From Candidatus Latescibacterota bacterium (GTDB taxonomy: Bacteria > Latescibacterota > UBA2968 > UBA8231): 64,000 nucleotides of DNA. A program made the translations under genes and the position numbers. The notes below the pieces were generated by a model. That model had not been told where the DNA came from and searched no databases. It saw only the letters and a list, made by a program, of their open reading frames with translations. Below are positions 36,450 through 44,755 of the stretch, in pieces (the first letter of the stretch is position 1; every line of letters begins with the position of its first letter). The stretch covers positions 3,936,001 through 4,000,000 of the forward strand of contig OZ241889.1 in the NCBI GenBank assembly GCA_965203355.1. Direction: 5' to 3'.

Positions 36450-37937
36450 TTAGAACCGTTCCAACGCTGGGAACTTTTCCTCACCTCGATGCACGTGCAT
36501 GGCCCCGCCCTCAGCGCACCGCCGCAAGGTGGGAAACACCTTGCCCGGATTCAGCACTTGCTGCGGGTCAAACGCGGCTTTAACTCGCTCTTGAGCGTCC
36601 AAATCCGCGTCCTTGAACATGCACGGCATTAAATCCCGCTTCTCAATGCCAATCCCGTGTTCCCCACTCAATACGCCCCCTACTTCGACGCAGAGCTTCA
36701 GGATTTCGGCCCCTAGCGACTCGGCCTTCGCCAAATCGCCCTTGACATTGCTGTCGTACAGCACGAGCGGGTGCAAGTTGCCATCGCCCGCGTGGAAAAC
36801 ATTGGCCACCCGCAGGCCATACGCGGCCGCTAGCTCGCTGATTCGCGCTAGCACCTGCGGCAGTGCGCCCCGTGGAATGGTCCCATCCATGCAGTAGTAG
36901 TCCGGGCTAATCCGCCCCATCGCGGGGAAAGCGGCTTTGCGACCGGCCCACAGCTTTTGCCGCTCGGCCTCGGTGGTGGCGCGGGAAAGCTCGGTCGCGC
37001 CGGTCTGCCGCAGGAGCGTTTCCAAGGTGCGGCTTTGGTACTCGACCTCACTTCGCGGCCCGTCCAACTCGACCAGCAAGAGCGCCGCAACCCCGAGCGG
37101 ATAGCCCGCGCCGACAAAACCCTCCACCGCTTCAACCGATAGCTGATCCATGATTTCCATGCCGGCCGGCACCATGCCCGCGGCCACGATCTCAGCCACG
37201 GCCTGCCCGGCCGCGGCGACCGAATCGTACACCGCCATCACAGCCTGCGTCATTTCCGGCTTGGGCAAGATGCGCAGGGTGGCTTCCGTGGTAATGGCCA
37301 ACAGCCCTTCCGAACCCGTCAGCAGCCCGAGCAAGTCGTAGCCGGCTTGGTCCATGCCTTTGCCGCCGACCCGCGCGATCTCGCCATCGGCCAGTACCAC
37401 CTCCAAGCCGAGGAGATTATTGGTCGTCGTGCCGTATTTGAGACAGTGTACTCCGCCGGAATTCTCGGCGATATTACCGCCGATCGAGCAGGCGATCTGG
37501 CTCGAAGGATCGGGCGCGTAGTAGAAGCCACTCTGCTCTACGGCTTCGGTCACGGCCCGATTGGTCACGCCCGGCTGCACGGTCACCGTGCGATTTTGCA
37601 AATCAATGTCGAGAATCGCACGCATCCGCGCCGTGCTCAACACGACTCCATCTTCCCTCGGCAGAGCACCACCCGAAAGCCCGGTGCCAGCACCCCAAGG
37701 GACGATGGGAATGTCGAGTTGAGCGCACGACCGGAGTACCGCCGCAACCTGCTCGGTGCTCTCCGGTAAGGCGACCAACATGGGCCGCTGGCGATACGCC
37801 GACAGGCCGTCGCATTCATAGGCGACCACGTCCTCGCGGCGATGAATGATTTGCTCGGCGCACAAGTGCCGGTGCAGGAGATTAATGAGGTCTCCGCGCC
37901 GCTTGAAGCGGGCAGGGTCGGGGGTGGGAAGTTGCAT
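36450..37937 (-). CDS. glcD: FAD-linked oxidase, glycolate oxidase subunit GlcD-like
   Basis: GAGTGLSGGA, YAPDPSSQIACSIGGNIAENSGG, GSEGLL, FHAGDGNLHP and GEHGIGIEKR. Confidence 0.88.
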   Translation of the reverse strand: MQLPTPDPARFKRRGDLINLLHRHLCAEQIIHRREDVVAYECDGLSAYRQRPMLVALPESTEQVAAVLRSCAQLDIPIVPWGAGTGLSGGALPREDGVVLSTARMRAILDIDLQNRTVTVQPGVTNRAVTEAVEQSGFYYAPDPSSQIACSIGGNIAENSGGVHCLKYGTTTNNLLGLEVVLADGEIARVGGKGMDQAGYDLLGLLTGSEGLLAITTEATLRILPKPEMTQAVMAVYDSVAAAGQAVAEIVAAGMVPAGMEIMDQLSVEAVEGFVGAGYPLGVAALLLVELDGPRSEVEYQSRTLETLLRQTGATELSRATTEAERQKLWAGRKAAFPAMGRISPDYYCMDGTIPRGALPQVLARISELAAAYGLRVANVFHAGDGNLHPLVLYDSNVKGDLAKAESLGAEILKLCVEVGGVLSGEHGIGIEKRDLMPCMFKDADLDAQERVKAAFDPQQVLNPGKVFPTLRRCAEGGAMHVHRGEEKFPALERF

Positions 37938-37940
37938 TGG

Positions 37941-38945
37941 TCAATAGCCCAAGTCGTTGGCGTAAGCAAAAAGCGCAGGTGTGCCGCCGGTGTGGAGGAA
38001 GATAAGGCTCTGCTCGGGACGCCACCAACCGGCACGCACGTGCGCCAAAAGCCCGGCCATGGCTTTGCTGGTATAGGACGGATCGAGCAATAGTCCTTCC
38101 TGTTGCGCCAACAGGTGCAAAGCTCCGCGGCCCTCTGGAGTGACCACGCCGTAGTCTGGGCCGACAAACGCGGCGTAGCTTTCGAAATCTTCCGCCTTCA
38201 GCGAAAGGTCGAGTCCTAGGATCTCAGCGCATTCCCGTCCCAGCGCGAGATGCTCCTTGGCCGCCTGCTGGTCGCAGCGCAGCGAAGGGCTGATGCCGAC
38301 CACCCGCATGTCGATGCCCAACGCCTTGAACGCCACCACCAATCCCACGTGGGTATGCGCCCCGGAACACAGATAGAGTGCCGCTGGCGCAACGCCCTGT
38401 TCTTCGCATTGGGCCAAAAGTTCTAACGCCCCATCGACGTACGCTACACTGCGGAAGATGCACGCGTCCGAACTAGTGTGGAAGGGGCGGTGCCCAGCCG
38501 CGATCAGCGCGGCCATCTTCGCGGCCACGGTCTGCGCCTGCTCGCTTGGCACTGGCAAATCGACCTCGGCACCGAAGAGACGGGTCAACAGCAGGTTCCC
38601 TTGCGTCTGTGCGTGGGCGTCGCTGCGCCCCACGATCACGGCCGGCATTCCCAATTTTGCGGCCACCGCGGCCGTCTGTCGCGATTGATTCGACTGGGCA
38701 GCGGCCGAGTGTACCAGCACATCGCAGCCCTGCTCTACGGCTTGGGCGATTTGGTATTCAAACTCGCGGATCTTGTTGCCGCCAAAAGCCAAGCCGGTCA
38801 AATCGTCGCGCTTGACCCAGATTTGCGGGCCACCTAGATGGGCACTGAGACGCTTTAATTCCTCCAAGGGCGTCGGCAAGGACGCTAGCGGCAAGCGCGG
38901 CAAGCGAGCCAGTCGCTCTTTCAATTCCTCTCGGCTAACAATCAT
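37941..38945 (-). CDS. PLP-dependent D-cysteine desulfhydrase/ACC deaminase family protein
   Basis: PTPLEEL, WVKRDDLTGLAFGGNKIR, QSNQ, EGLLLDPSYTSKA and FLHTGG. Confidence 0.88.
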   Translation of the reverse strand: MIVSREELKERLARLPRLPLASLPTPLEELKRLSAHLGGPQIWVKRDDLTGLAFGGNKIREFEYQIAQAVEQGCDVLVHSAAAQSNQSRQTAAVAAKLGMPAVIVGRSDAHAQTQGNLLLTRLFGAEVDLPVPSEQAQTVAAKMAALIAAGHRPFHTSSDACIFRSVAYVDGALELLAQCEEQGVAPAALYLCSGAHTHVGLVVAFKALGIDMRVVGISPSLRCDQQAAKEHLALGRECAEILGLDLSLKAEDFESYAAFVGPDYGVVTPEGRGALHLLAQQEGLLLDPSYTSKAMAGLLAHVRAGWWRPEQSLIFLHTGGTPALFAYANDLGY

Positions 38946-39157
38946 AGCTTCCCTCTTGTTTGCTTGCAAAAAAACCATTAAACAACCACGGGGCAAACCA
39001 TTTTGGCTCCATGCGCTGAGCGTCGTCGAATTTGCTCTTTTGCTAAAAATCCTTAACTTTTTTGCAGTGAAGCCGCACAACCTACCACCCCTCCTCAGAA
39101 CTTCACGACTCCCCAACACCAATCGCTGTTTAACCATAAAAAACATATAGGGCCGTT

Positions 39158-41449
39158 TTGGATCTAGTCGAACCTATACCCGAACGCCTGTTGCCTCACA
39201 TTCGCGGCGAATTGCACCCCGGCGAACTGCTCATCGTCCTCCTCGCCGCCGACATTCGCCCCGACGGACAATACGGCGACTCTTGGTTTGCTCTGACGGA
39301 CGAGCGGATACTCGTCTTCCACCCTAATGGTGCCGATACGCCCGAGACCGTGCGCCTCGGTTTGGACCAAGTGCAGGGCATCCAGACCCGCAATTACGTA
39401 GGCAGCGGTGCTCTCGTCGTCGAGCTAGCGGACGAGACCGTCGAGCTGCTGCGCTTTTCGCAGAGTGCGTACTACAAATTCTCCGGCGTACCCCAAGCCA
39501 TCGAGGGCGCCGATCTATTCGAAGGCGAAGACGCAGCAAAGGACGGGCCGGCGCAGGTCGATCCGGCCAAAGTAGTAGAGCACTGTCCCACCTGCGGACT
39601 CGCCCTGCGCTCCGGCTCCAAAGTCTGCCCCAACTGCCTGCGCCAGACCGAGACCTTCTGGCGCTTGTTTTCCTATATCAAACCCTATAAAAGCCAAGCA
39701 CTGCTCGGATTCACGCTGACGATTGTGCTGACGGTTATTGGCCTGTTGCCGCCCCAGCTCAACCGCATCCTCATCGACGATGTCATCGTCCCGGCCATCG
39801 TCCAATACGAATCCGCGGGCATGGCCGAGGGCGAAGCGACCGTGGCCACCGCCGCGAGCGTACAATTCCTGCTGTGGGTCGTACTGGGCCTGCTCGGCGT
39901 CTATCTCGGCCGCGGCATCATCAGCGGGGTGCGAATGTACGCCTTGGGGTGGCTCGGCCAGCGCGTCGTGTACGATTTGCAGACGCAAATTTTCCAACAC
40001 TTGCAACGGCTGTCGCTGACGTTTTACAACACGCTCAGCACGGGGCGGATTATGACTCGCGTCACCAGCGATACCGAGCGCATGCGCAGGTTTATCACTT
40101 CGGGGTTCCAAGACATCGTCATCGACGGGCTGACCATCATCGGCATTTGCGCGATGTTATTTGTAACAAATTGGGAATTGGCGCTCTTGTCGCTGATCCC
40201 CATTCCCTTCATGATCATCGGCACCATTATCTACCGCAACCACATCCACTGGGTTTTCCACCGGATATGGCGTCGCATTTCCACCCTCAACGCCATGCTC
40301 GCCGACACCATTCCCGGTGTCAAGGTAGTAAAGGCGTTTGCCCAAGAAAACCGCGAGCTCGAGCGCTTCAACAAGCGCAACAGCGACCTGCGAGACTCGC
40401 AGATGACCTCGTTCAAGATGCGGTCCTATTACATTCCGACGATCTCCTTTACCACCTCGGTTGGCTCGATCATTCTCTGGTGGTTCGGCGGCCATCGAGT
40501 GCTCTCCAACACCCTGACCCTCGGCGACCTCCAAGCATTTATCGCCTATATGACGATGTTCTACGCGCCGGTGCGCTCGCTGTGCAACCTCACCGAACAG
40601 CTAGAGACCGCAGCGACAACAGCCGAGCGCGTCTTTGAGATCATCGACACCGAGCCGGAAGTCCAAGACGCCCTTGACGCCATAGATCCCGGCGTGCTTG
40701 AAGGCTCAGTAGAGTTCCGCAACGTCAGTTTCACCTACGACGGCTCGGCCAGGATTCTCGACCACATCCACTTTAAGGCCGAACCCGGCGAGATGATCGG
40801 CATCGTTGGCCCCAGCGGCGCGGGTAAGTCCACGTTGGTCAACCTCATCTCGCGGTTCTACGACGCCACCGACGGTCAAGTCCTCATTGACGGCCAGCCC
40901 ATTACCCGGCTCAAACAGCAGGCGTTGCGCGGTCAAATCGGCGTGGTCTTGCAAGAGCCGCTGCTCTTCCAAGGCTCCATCGCCAACAATATCGCCTACG
41001 GCCACCCCACTGCCACGCGCCAAGAAGTCATCGAGGCGGCCCGCGCGGCCAACGCCCACAAGTTCATCATGAATTTTCCCGATGGCTACGACACCCAAGT
41101 CGGCGAGCGCGGCGGTCGGCTCTCCGGCGGCGAGCGCCAGCGCATCTCCATTGCCCGCGCCCTGATCGGCAACCCGCGCATCCTGATCCTCGACGAAGCC
41201 ACGGCCTCGGTCGATACCCAGACCGAGTACGAAATCCAAGAGGCACTCGAACGGTTGGTAGCGGGCCGCACGACCTTTGCCATTGCCCACCGGCTCTCAA
41301 CCCTCAAAAACGCCGACCGCCTGCTGGTGCTGGAAAGAGGGCGCGTCGCCGAGGTCGGCACCCACGAAGCGTTGCTCAATAAGGAGGACGGCGTCTATCG
41401 CCGACTGGTCGATATGCAAACCGAAATGGCGAAAGTGCGGGCACTATGA
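39158..41449 (+). CDS. ABC exporter (TMD+NBD) with N-terminal PH-like domain and Zn ribbon
   Basis: CPTCG..CPNC, six-TM region, GPSGAGKST, LSGGERQR, ILDEAT and IAHRLST. Confidence 0.92.
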   Translation: MDLVEPIPERLLPHIRGELHPGELLIVLLAADIRPDGQYGDSWFALTDERILVFHPNGADTPETVRLGLDQVQGIQTRNYVGSGALVVELADETVELLRFSQSAYYKFSGVPQAIEGADLFEGEDAAKDGPAQVDPAKVVEHCPTCGLALRSGSKVCPNCLRQTETFWRLFSYIKPYKSQALLGFTLTIVLTVIGLLPPQLNRILIDDVIVPAIVQYESAGMAEGEATVATAASVQFLLWVVLGLLGVYLGRGIISGVRMYALGWLGQRVVYDLQTQIFQHLQRLSLTFYNTLSTGRIMTRVTSDTERMRRFITSGFQDIVIDGLTIIGICAMLFVTNWELALLSLIPIPFMIIGTIIYRNHIHWVFHRIWRRISTLNAMLADTIPGVKVVKAFAQENRELERFNKRNSDLRDSQMTSFKMRSYYIPTISFTTSVGSIILWWFGGHRVLSNTLTLGDLQAFIAYMTMFYAPVRSLCNLTEQLETAATTAERVFEIIDTEPEVQDALDAIDPGVLEGSVEFRNVSFTYDGSARILDHIHFKAEPGEMIGIVGPSGAGKSTLVNLISRFYDATDGQVLIDGQPITRLKQQALRGQIGVVLQEPLLFQGSIANNIAYGHPTATRQEVIEAARAANAHKFIMNFPDGYDTQVGERGGRLSGGERQRISIARALIGNPRILILDEATASVDTQTEYEIQEALERLVAGRTTFAIAHRLSTLKNADRLLVLERGRVAEVGTHEALLNKEDGVYRRLVDMQTEMAKVRAL

Positions 41450-41949
41450 GCGAGGCACGCGGTTATTCGTACGAGGATTTTCTGCTCGACCCGCAAAAGG
41501 TGCGCTTCAGTCGCTCCGAGCGCGGCAGTTTGCTCCTCAAGCTCGACGGCGAAGAATACACCAACCTCAAGATTCGCCGCGCCTTCCCATTAGAGGAGAC
41601 CGACCGCTACATCGGCGTCTTTGCCGCCGAGGACCAAGAACTCGGCATAATCGAAGACCCACAGCAGCTAGACGCCCAAAGCCGTCAGGTGCTCTTGGAC
41701 GAACTCGGCAAGATCTACTTTCAACCGCAGATTCTCGCCTTTGACAAACTCGACGAGGAGTTCGGGGTGCTGCGCGGCCAGATCGAAACCACCAGCGGCC
41801 CCCGCCAGCTCGAAATCCGCGGCTATCGCACTAATGTACGCATGCTCTCCGGTAGCCGGGCCATCATCGAGGATGTCGATGGCAACCGCTATCTGATCGC
41901 CAACTGGCGCACACTGCCGCGAAGAACCCGCGATATTTTAGGGCTTTAA
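41446..41949 (+). CDS. DUF1854-family protein
   Basis: RRAFPL..DRYI..ELGII, W/ETTSGPR-like segment, IEDVDGNRYLI; overlaps the ABC gene stop codon. Confidence 0.8.
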   Translation: MSEARGYSYEDFLLDPQKVRFSRSERGSLLLKLDGEEYTNLKIRRAFPLEETDRYIGVFAAEDQELGIIEDPQQLDAQSRQVLLDELGKIYFQPQILAFDKLDEEFGVLRGQIETTSGPRQLEIRGYRTNVRMLSGSRAIIEDVDGNRYLIANWRTLPRRTRDILGL

Positions 41950-41955
41950 TGGTGG

Positions 41956-42524
41956 TTAGCCAGCGAAATACGCCCGCATCTTCTCCAGACCAATCCGGGC
42001 AACTTCCGCTGGATCCTGTTCCCACAGCCCCGGATTGAACAGTTCCAGCGACACAAATCCCTCGTATCCCTGCGCTTGCGCCAACCGCTCAATCGCGCGC
42101 AATGGCCCAACCCCATCCCCCGGCATCACCCGATCAGCATCGCTTTGTTCGGCAAAGGGCCTGTTGCCTGGGGCGTCGTTCCAGTGCCAGACCGCAACTT
42201 TGTCGCTGGGTACTTTGGCAATACTCGCAATGGGACCGCCACCGCCTGCGCCATTCGCCGCCGCACCTCCTCCAATGCCAGCACCCGCGCCGCGCCCTCA
42301 GCCCCCAACCAGCCGTGGAGTGCAATGACGGTCGGCACCGCCAGCCCGTAGTCGGCCAGTGCCTGACGCACCTCCGCGAGCGAACCGCCCTGCTGCTCGT
42401 GCGCCGTCAAGTCGTCGTTCCACAGTTCAATGCCCTCGTAGCCAGCCTGCCCGGCGATGCGGATTTTCTCCATCAGCGACGCTGGGCGAATTGTCGATGT
42501 GTTGAGCGCGTATTGCACTGTCAT
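41956..42524 (-). pseudogene. Sugar phosphate isomerase/epimerase (xylose-isomerase-like TIM barrel) with internal deletion and frameshift
   Basis: N-half ALNTSTIR..AGYEGIELW; C-half HWNDAP..DRVMPGDG..GFVSLELFNPGLW in a different frame; central part missing. Confidence 0.85.
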
Positions 42525-42544
42525 AGTACTTCCTTTCTCGTTGG

Positions 42545-42932
42545 GCTATCCATGGAAAAAATCATTTCCCTCTACCAATCCCACGCCCCACGATGCCACA
42601 GCCACCCAGAGAATCGGGTGATCGTGGCCGTCCACCACGTCGGCCAATCATCCGGTCCGAGCACGGGCTTTGCGCCGCACGGTGCCGCCGATTTTCTTGG
42701 GCGCAATATCGACAAACACATCGGGAACGCGGCCTTCGCACGCTAGGTGCCTGGCGAGTCGGCGAAACACCCTAAAGTGCCGATCGCGGCGGCGCCATTC
42801 CACCGCTCTCGTCGTCCGAACCATCGCGGCCACGACCGCAAAATCTTCGCAGCACTGCGCTTGGATGCTTTGCCGGTGTGGCGGCTGCATTGAACACGGG
42901 CGTTTTCACGGTCACGCGGGTTGCACTTTCAT
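42545..42932 (-). pseudogene. Degraded GT2 glycosyltransferase relic
   Basis: Frame-shifted fragments RVTVKTPVFNAAAT, QSIQAQCCEDFAVVA, DGSDDES and RRLARHL..FVDIAPKKIG. Confidence 0.6.
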
Positions 42933-42990
42933 AGCCGTTAGGTATGAGAGCTTGACATTCTTTCGCTCCGTGCCCGATTTTAATTCCTAT

Positions 42991-43752
42991 ATGGTACATC
43001 TCAAATCACCCGCGGAAATCGACCGCATCCGCGCTAGTTGCCGCATCGCCGCCGAAGCCATGGTCCGCGTCGAAGAGGCCATCGCACCTGGGATCACCAC
43101 CCTCCATCTCGATCAAATAGCCGACCGCTACATCCGCAGCCAAGGAGCCGTCGCCAGTGCCTTGGGCTATCGCGGCTTTCCCAGCAGCATCTGCGTCTCG
43201 GTCAACGACGAAGTCGTCCACGGCATTCCCGGCGACCGCATCCTGCAAGAAGGGGACATCCTCGCCGTTGACATTGCCGTTAAAAAGGATGGCTTTCACG
43301 GCGACATGAACGTCACTATGAAAGTCGGCTGCGTAACTTCCAAGGCCCAGTGCCTGCTCGACACCACGCGCCAGAGCTTGGAGGAAGGGTTGGCCTTCTG
43401 CACACCTGGGCACCGCCTCGGCGACATTGGCCACGCCATCCAAAGCTATGTCGAAGCGCATGGCTTCTCCATCGTGCGCATGTATTGCGGCCACGGCATT
43501 GGCCGCAACTTCCACGAGGAACCCCAACTGCTCCACTACGGCAAGGCTGGCACGGGTCGCCGCCTGCAAAACGGCATGGTATTTACCATTGAGCCGATGG
43601 TCAACGAGGGCGCGCCCGACACGCTCGTACTCGACGACGACTGGACGGCCGTCACCGCCGACGGCAAGCTCTCGGCCCAATACGAACACACCGTGGCCGT
43701 CACCCACGACGGGCCAGACGTGCTGTCGCGCTTTGCCGATCTGCCGTACTGA
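42991..43752 (+). CDS. map: Methionine aminopeptidase type I
   Basis: CVSVNDEVVHGIPG, GFHGD, GHGIGRNFHEEP, FTIEPM and SAQYEHT. Confidence 0.97.
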   Translation: MVHLKSPAEIDRIRASCRIAAEAMVRVEEAIAPGITTLHLDQIADRYIRSQGAVASALGYRGFPSSICVSVNDEVVHGIPGDRILQEGDILAVDIAVKKDGFHGDMNVTMKVGCVTSKAQCLLDTTRQSLEEGLAFCTPGHRLGDIGHAIQSYVEAHGFSIVRMYCGHGIGRNFHEEPQLLHYGKAGTGRRLQNGMVFTIEPMVNEGAPDTLVLDDDWTAVTADGKLSAQYEHTVAVTHDGPDVLSRFADLPY

Positions 43753-43809
43753 ACTTGCTCGGCAGCGGCATTTTCTTATTTTCTAAATTCATTTCACGAG
43801 GAGAACAGC

Positions 43810-44103
43810 ATGGCAAGGCCCAAAAAAGTCCAATCCAACGGCGACGACGACAACGCTGAATTTCCGATTGATCCCGGTACGCAGATCGAGTTGGAAATGG
43901 AAGACACCTGCTGCGTCACTGGCGAGCGAGTCGAGTTCAGCTTTTGTCGCTTCCCCGATTACAAAAATGGCACGATGATGGTCATGTCCAAGAGCGAGAT
44001 GCTAGCGCACCTGAGTGCTGGCGACTCCATCAGCAAATTCAAAGAAGTGTTGGTCCAGCGCCACGGCGAGGAAGTCTTGGCGGAGCACTACTCCAACTAC
44101 TAA
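43810..44103 (+). CDS. Small acidic hypothetical protein
   Basis: 97-aa ORF with GAGGAG RBS, host-like codon usage and a terminator immediately downstream. Confidence 0.7.
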   Translation: MARPKKVQSNGDDDNAEFPIDPGTQIELEMEDTCCVTGERVEFSFCRFPDYKNGTMMVMSKSEMLAHLSAGDSISKFKEVLVQRHGEEVLAEHYSNY

Positions 44104-44125
44104 AACAACGACGAATTACCTACAT

Positions 44126-44168
44126 GCAAAAGAAGGGATGGTCCGCATGGGACCATCCCTTCTTTTGC
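44126..44168. terminator. Bidirectional intrinsic terminator
   Basis: Perfect 19-bp inverted repeat gcaaaagaagggatggtcc/ggaccatcccttcttttgc between convergent genes. Confidence 0.85.
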
Positions 44169-44183
44169 TCTATGCCGACGTCC

Positions 44184-44741
44184 TTAGGAGCGCGCCAACA
44201 AGGTTTCGATATCCTCGCTGAATACCCCACGGGGATTGAGTTGGCCGCTTTTGTCGCGCGGCACACCTATGTGCTTCTTGTACACGCGGCCTTGGCGATC
44301 AAAAATAAAGGTGAGCGGTACGCTTACCTGCCCTAAATTTCCTTTGTAAAAGGCGCGGAGTAACTCGTATTGACCATCGTGAACCACCGGGTAGTTGATG
44401 GCCAAACGCTCGACGAACTCGCCTATTAGAGGTAAGACGCGCTCGGGGGGGCCTAGATCTATGGAAACGCCAATGATCGCCACCTGTTCGGGATCGTACT
44501 CAGTCCTCATCTCGACTAAGGCTGGGATCTCGTAGCGACACGGGCCGCACCAAGTCGCCCAGAAGTTGACCAAGACCACCTTGCCCTCGTAATCGCGCAA
44601 ATCCACGTTCTGGCCCTGATAGTCGTTCCACTTAGCAGCCTGCGGGGGAAATAGCTTGTCCGCTTGTGGCTCGGAGGAGCCACAGCCCAACATTAGAAGT
44701 GCCAACCCACTCACCAGCCCTTTGATCGCCATTGCACACAT
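44184..44741 (-). CDS. TlpA-family thiol-disulfide oxidoreductase lipoprotein
   Basis: Lipobox LGC and GKVVLVNFWATWCGPCRYEIP. Confidence 0.9.
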   Translation of the reverse strand: MCAMAIKGLVSGLALLMLGCGSSEPQADKLFPPQAAKWNDYQGQNVDLRDYEGKVVLVNFWATWCGPCRYEIPALVEMRTEYDPEQVAIIGVSIDLGPPERVLPLIGEFVERLAINYPVVHDGQYELLRAFYKGNLGQVSVPLTFIFDRQGRVYKKHIGVPRDKSGQLNPRGVFSEDIETLLARS

Positions 44742-44755
44742 GGTACGTCCTGTGT

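Noticed and set aside
38946-39146. N-terminal extension of the PLP enzyme and opposite-strand ORFs
   Set aside because: This is an AT-rich divergent promoter region; ATG 38945 has an RBS and matches the family start
42670-42990. 107-aa N-terminal extension of Map
   Set aside because: Homology starts at MVHLKS (42991); the extension overlaps the GT2 relic on the opposite strand
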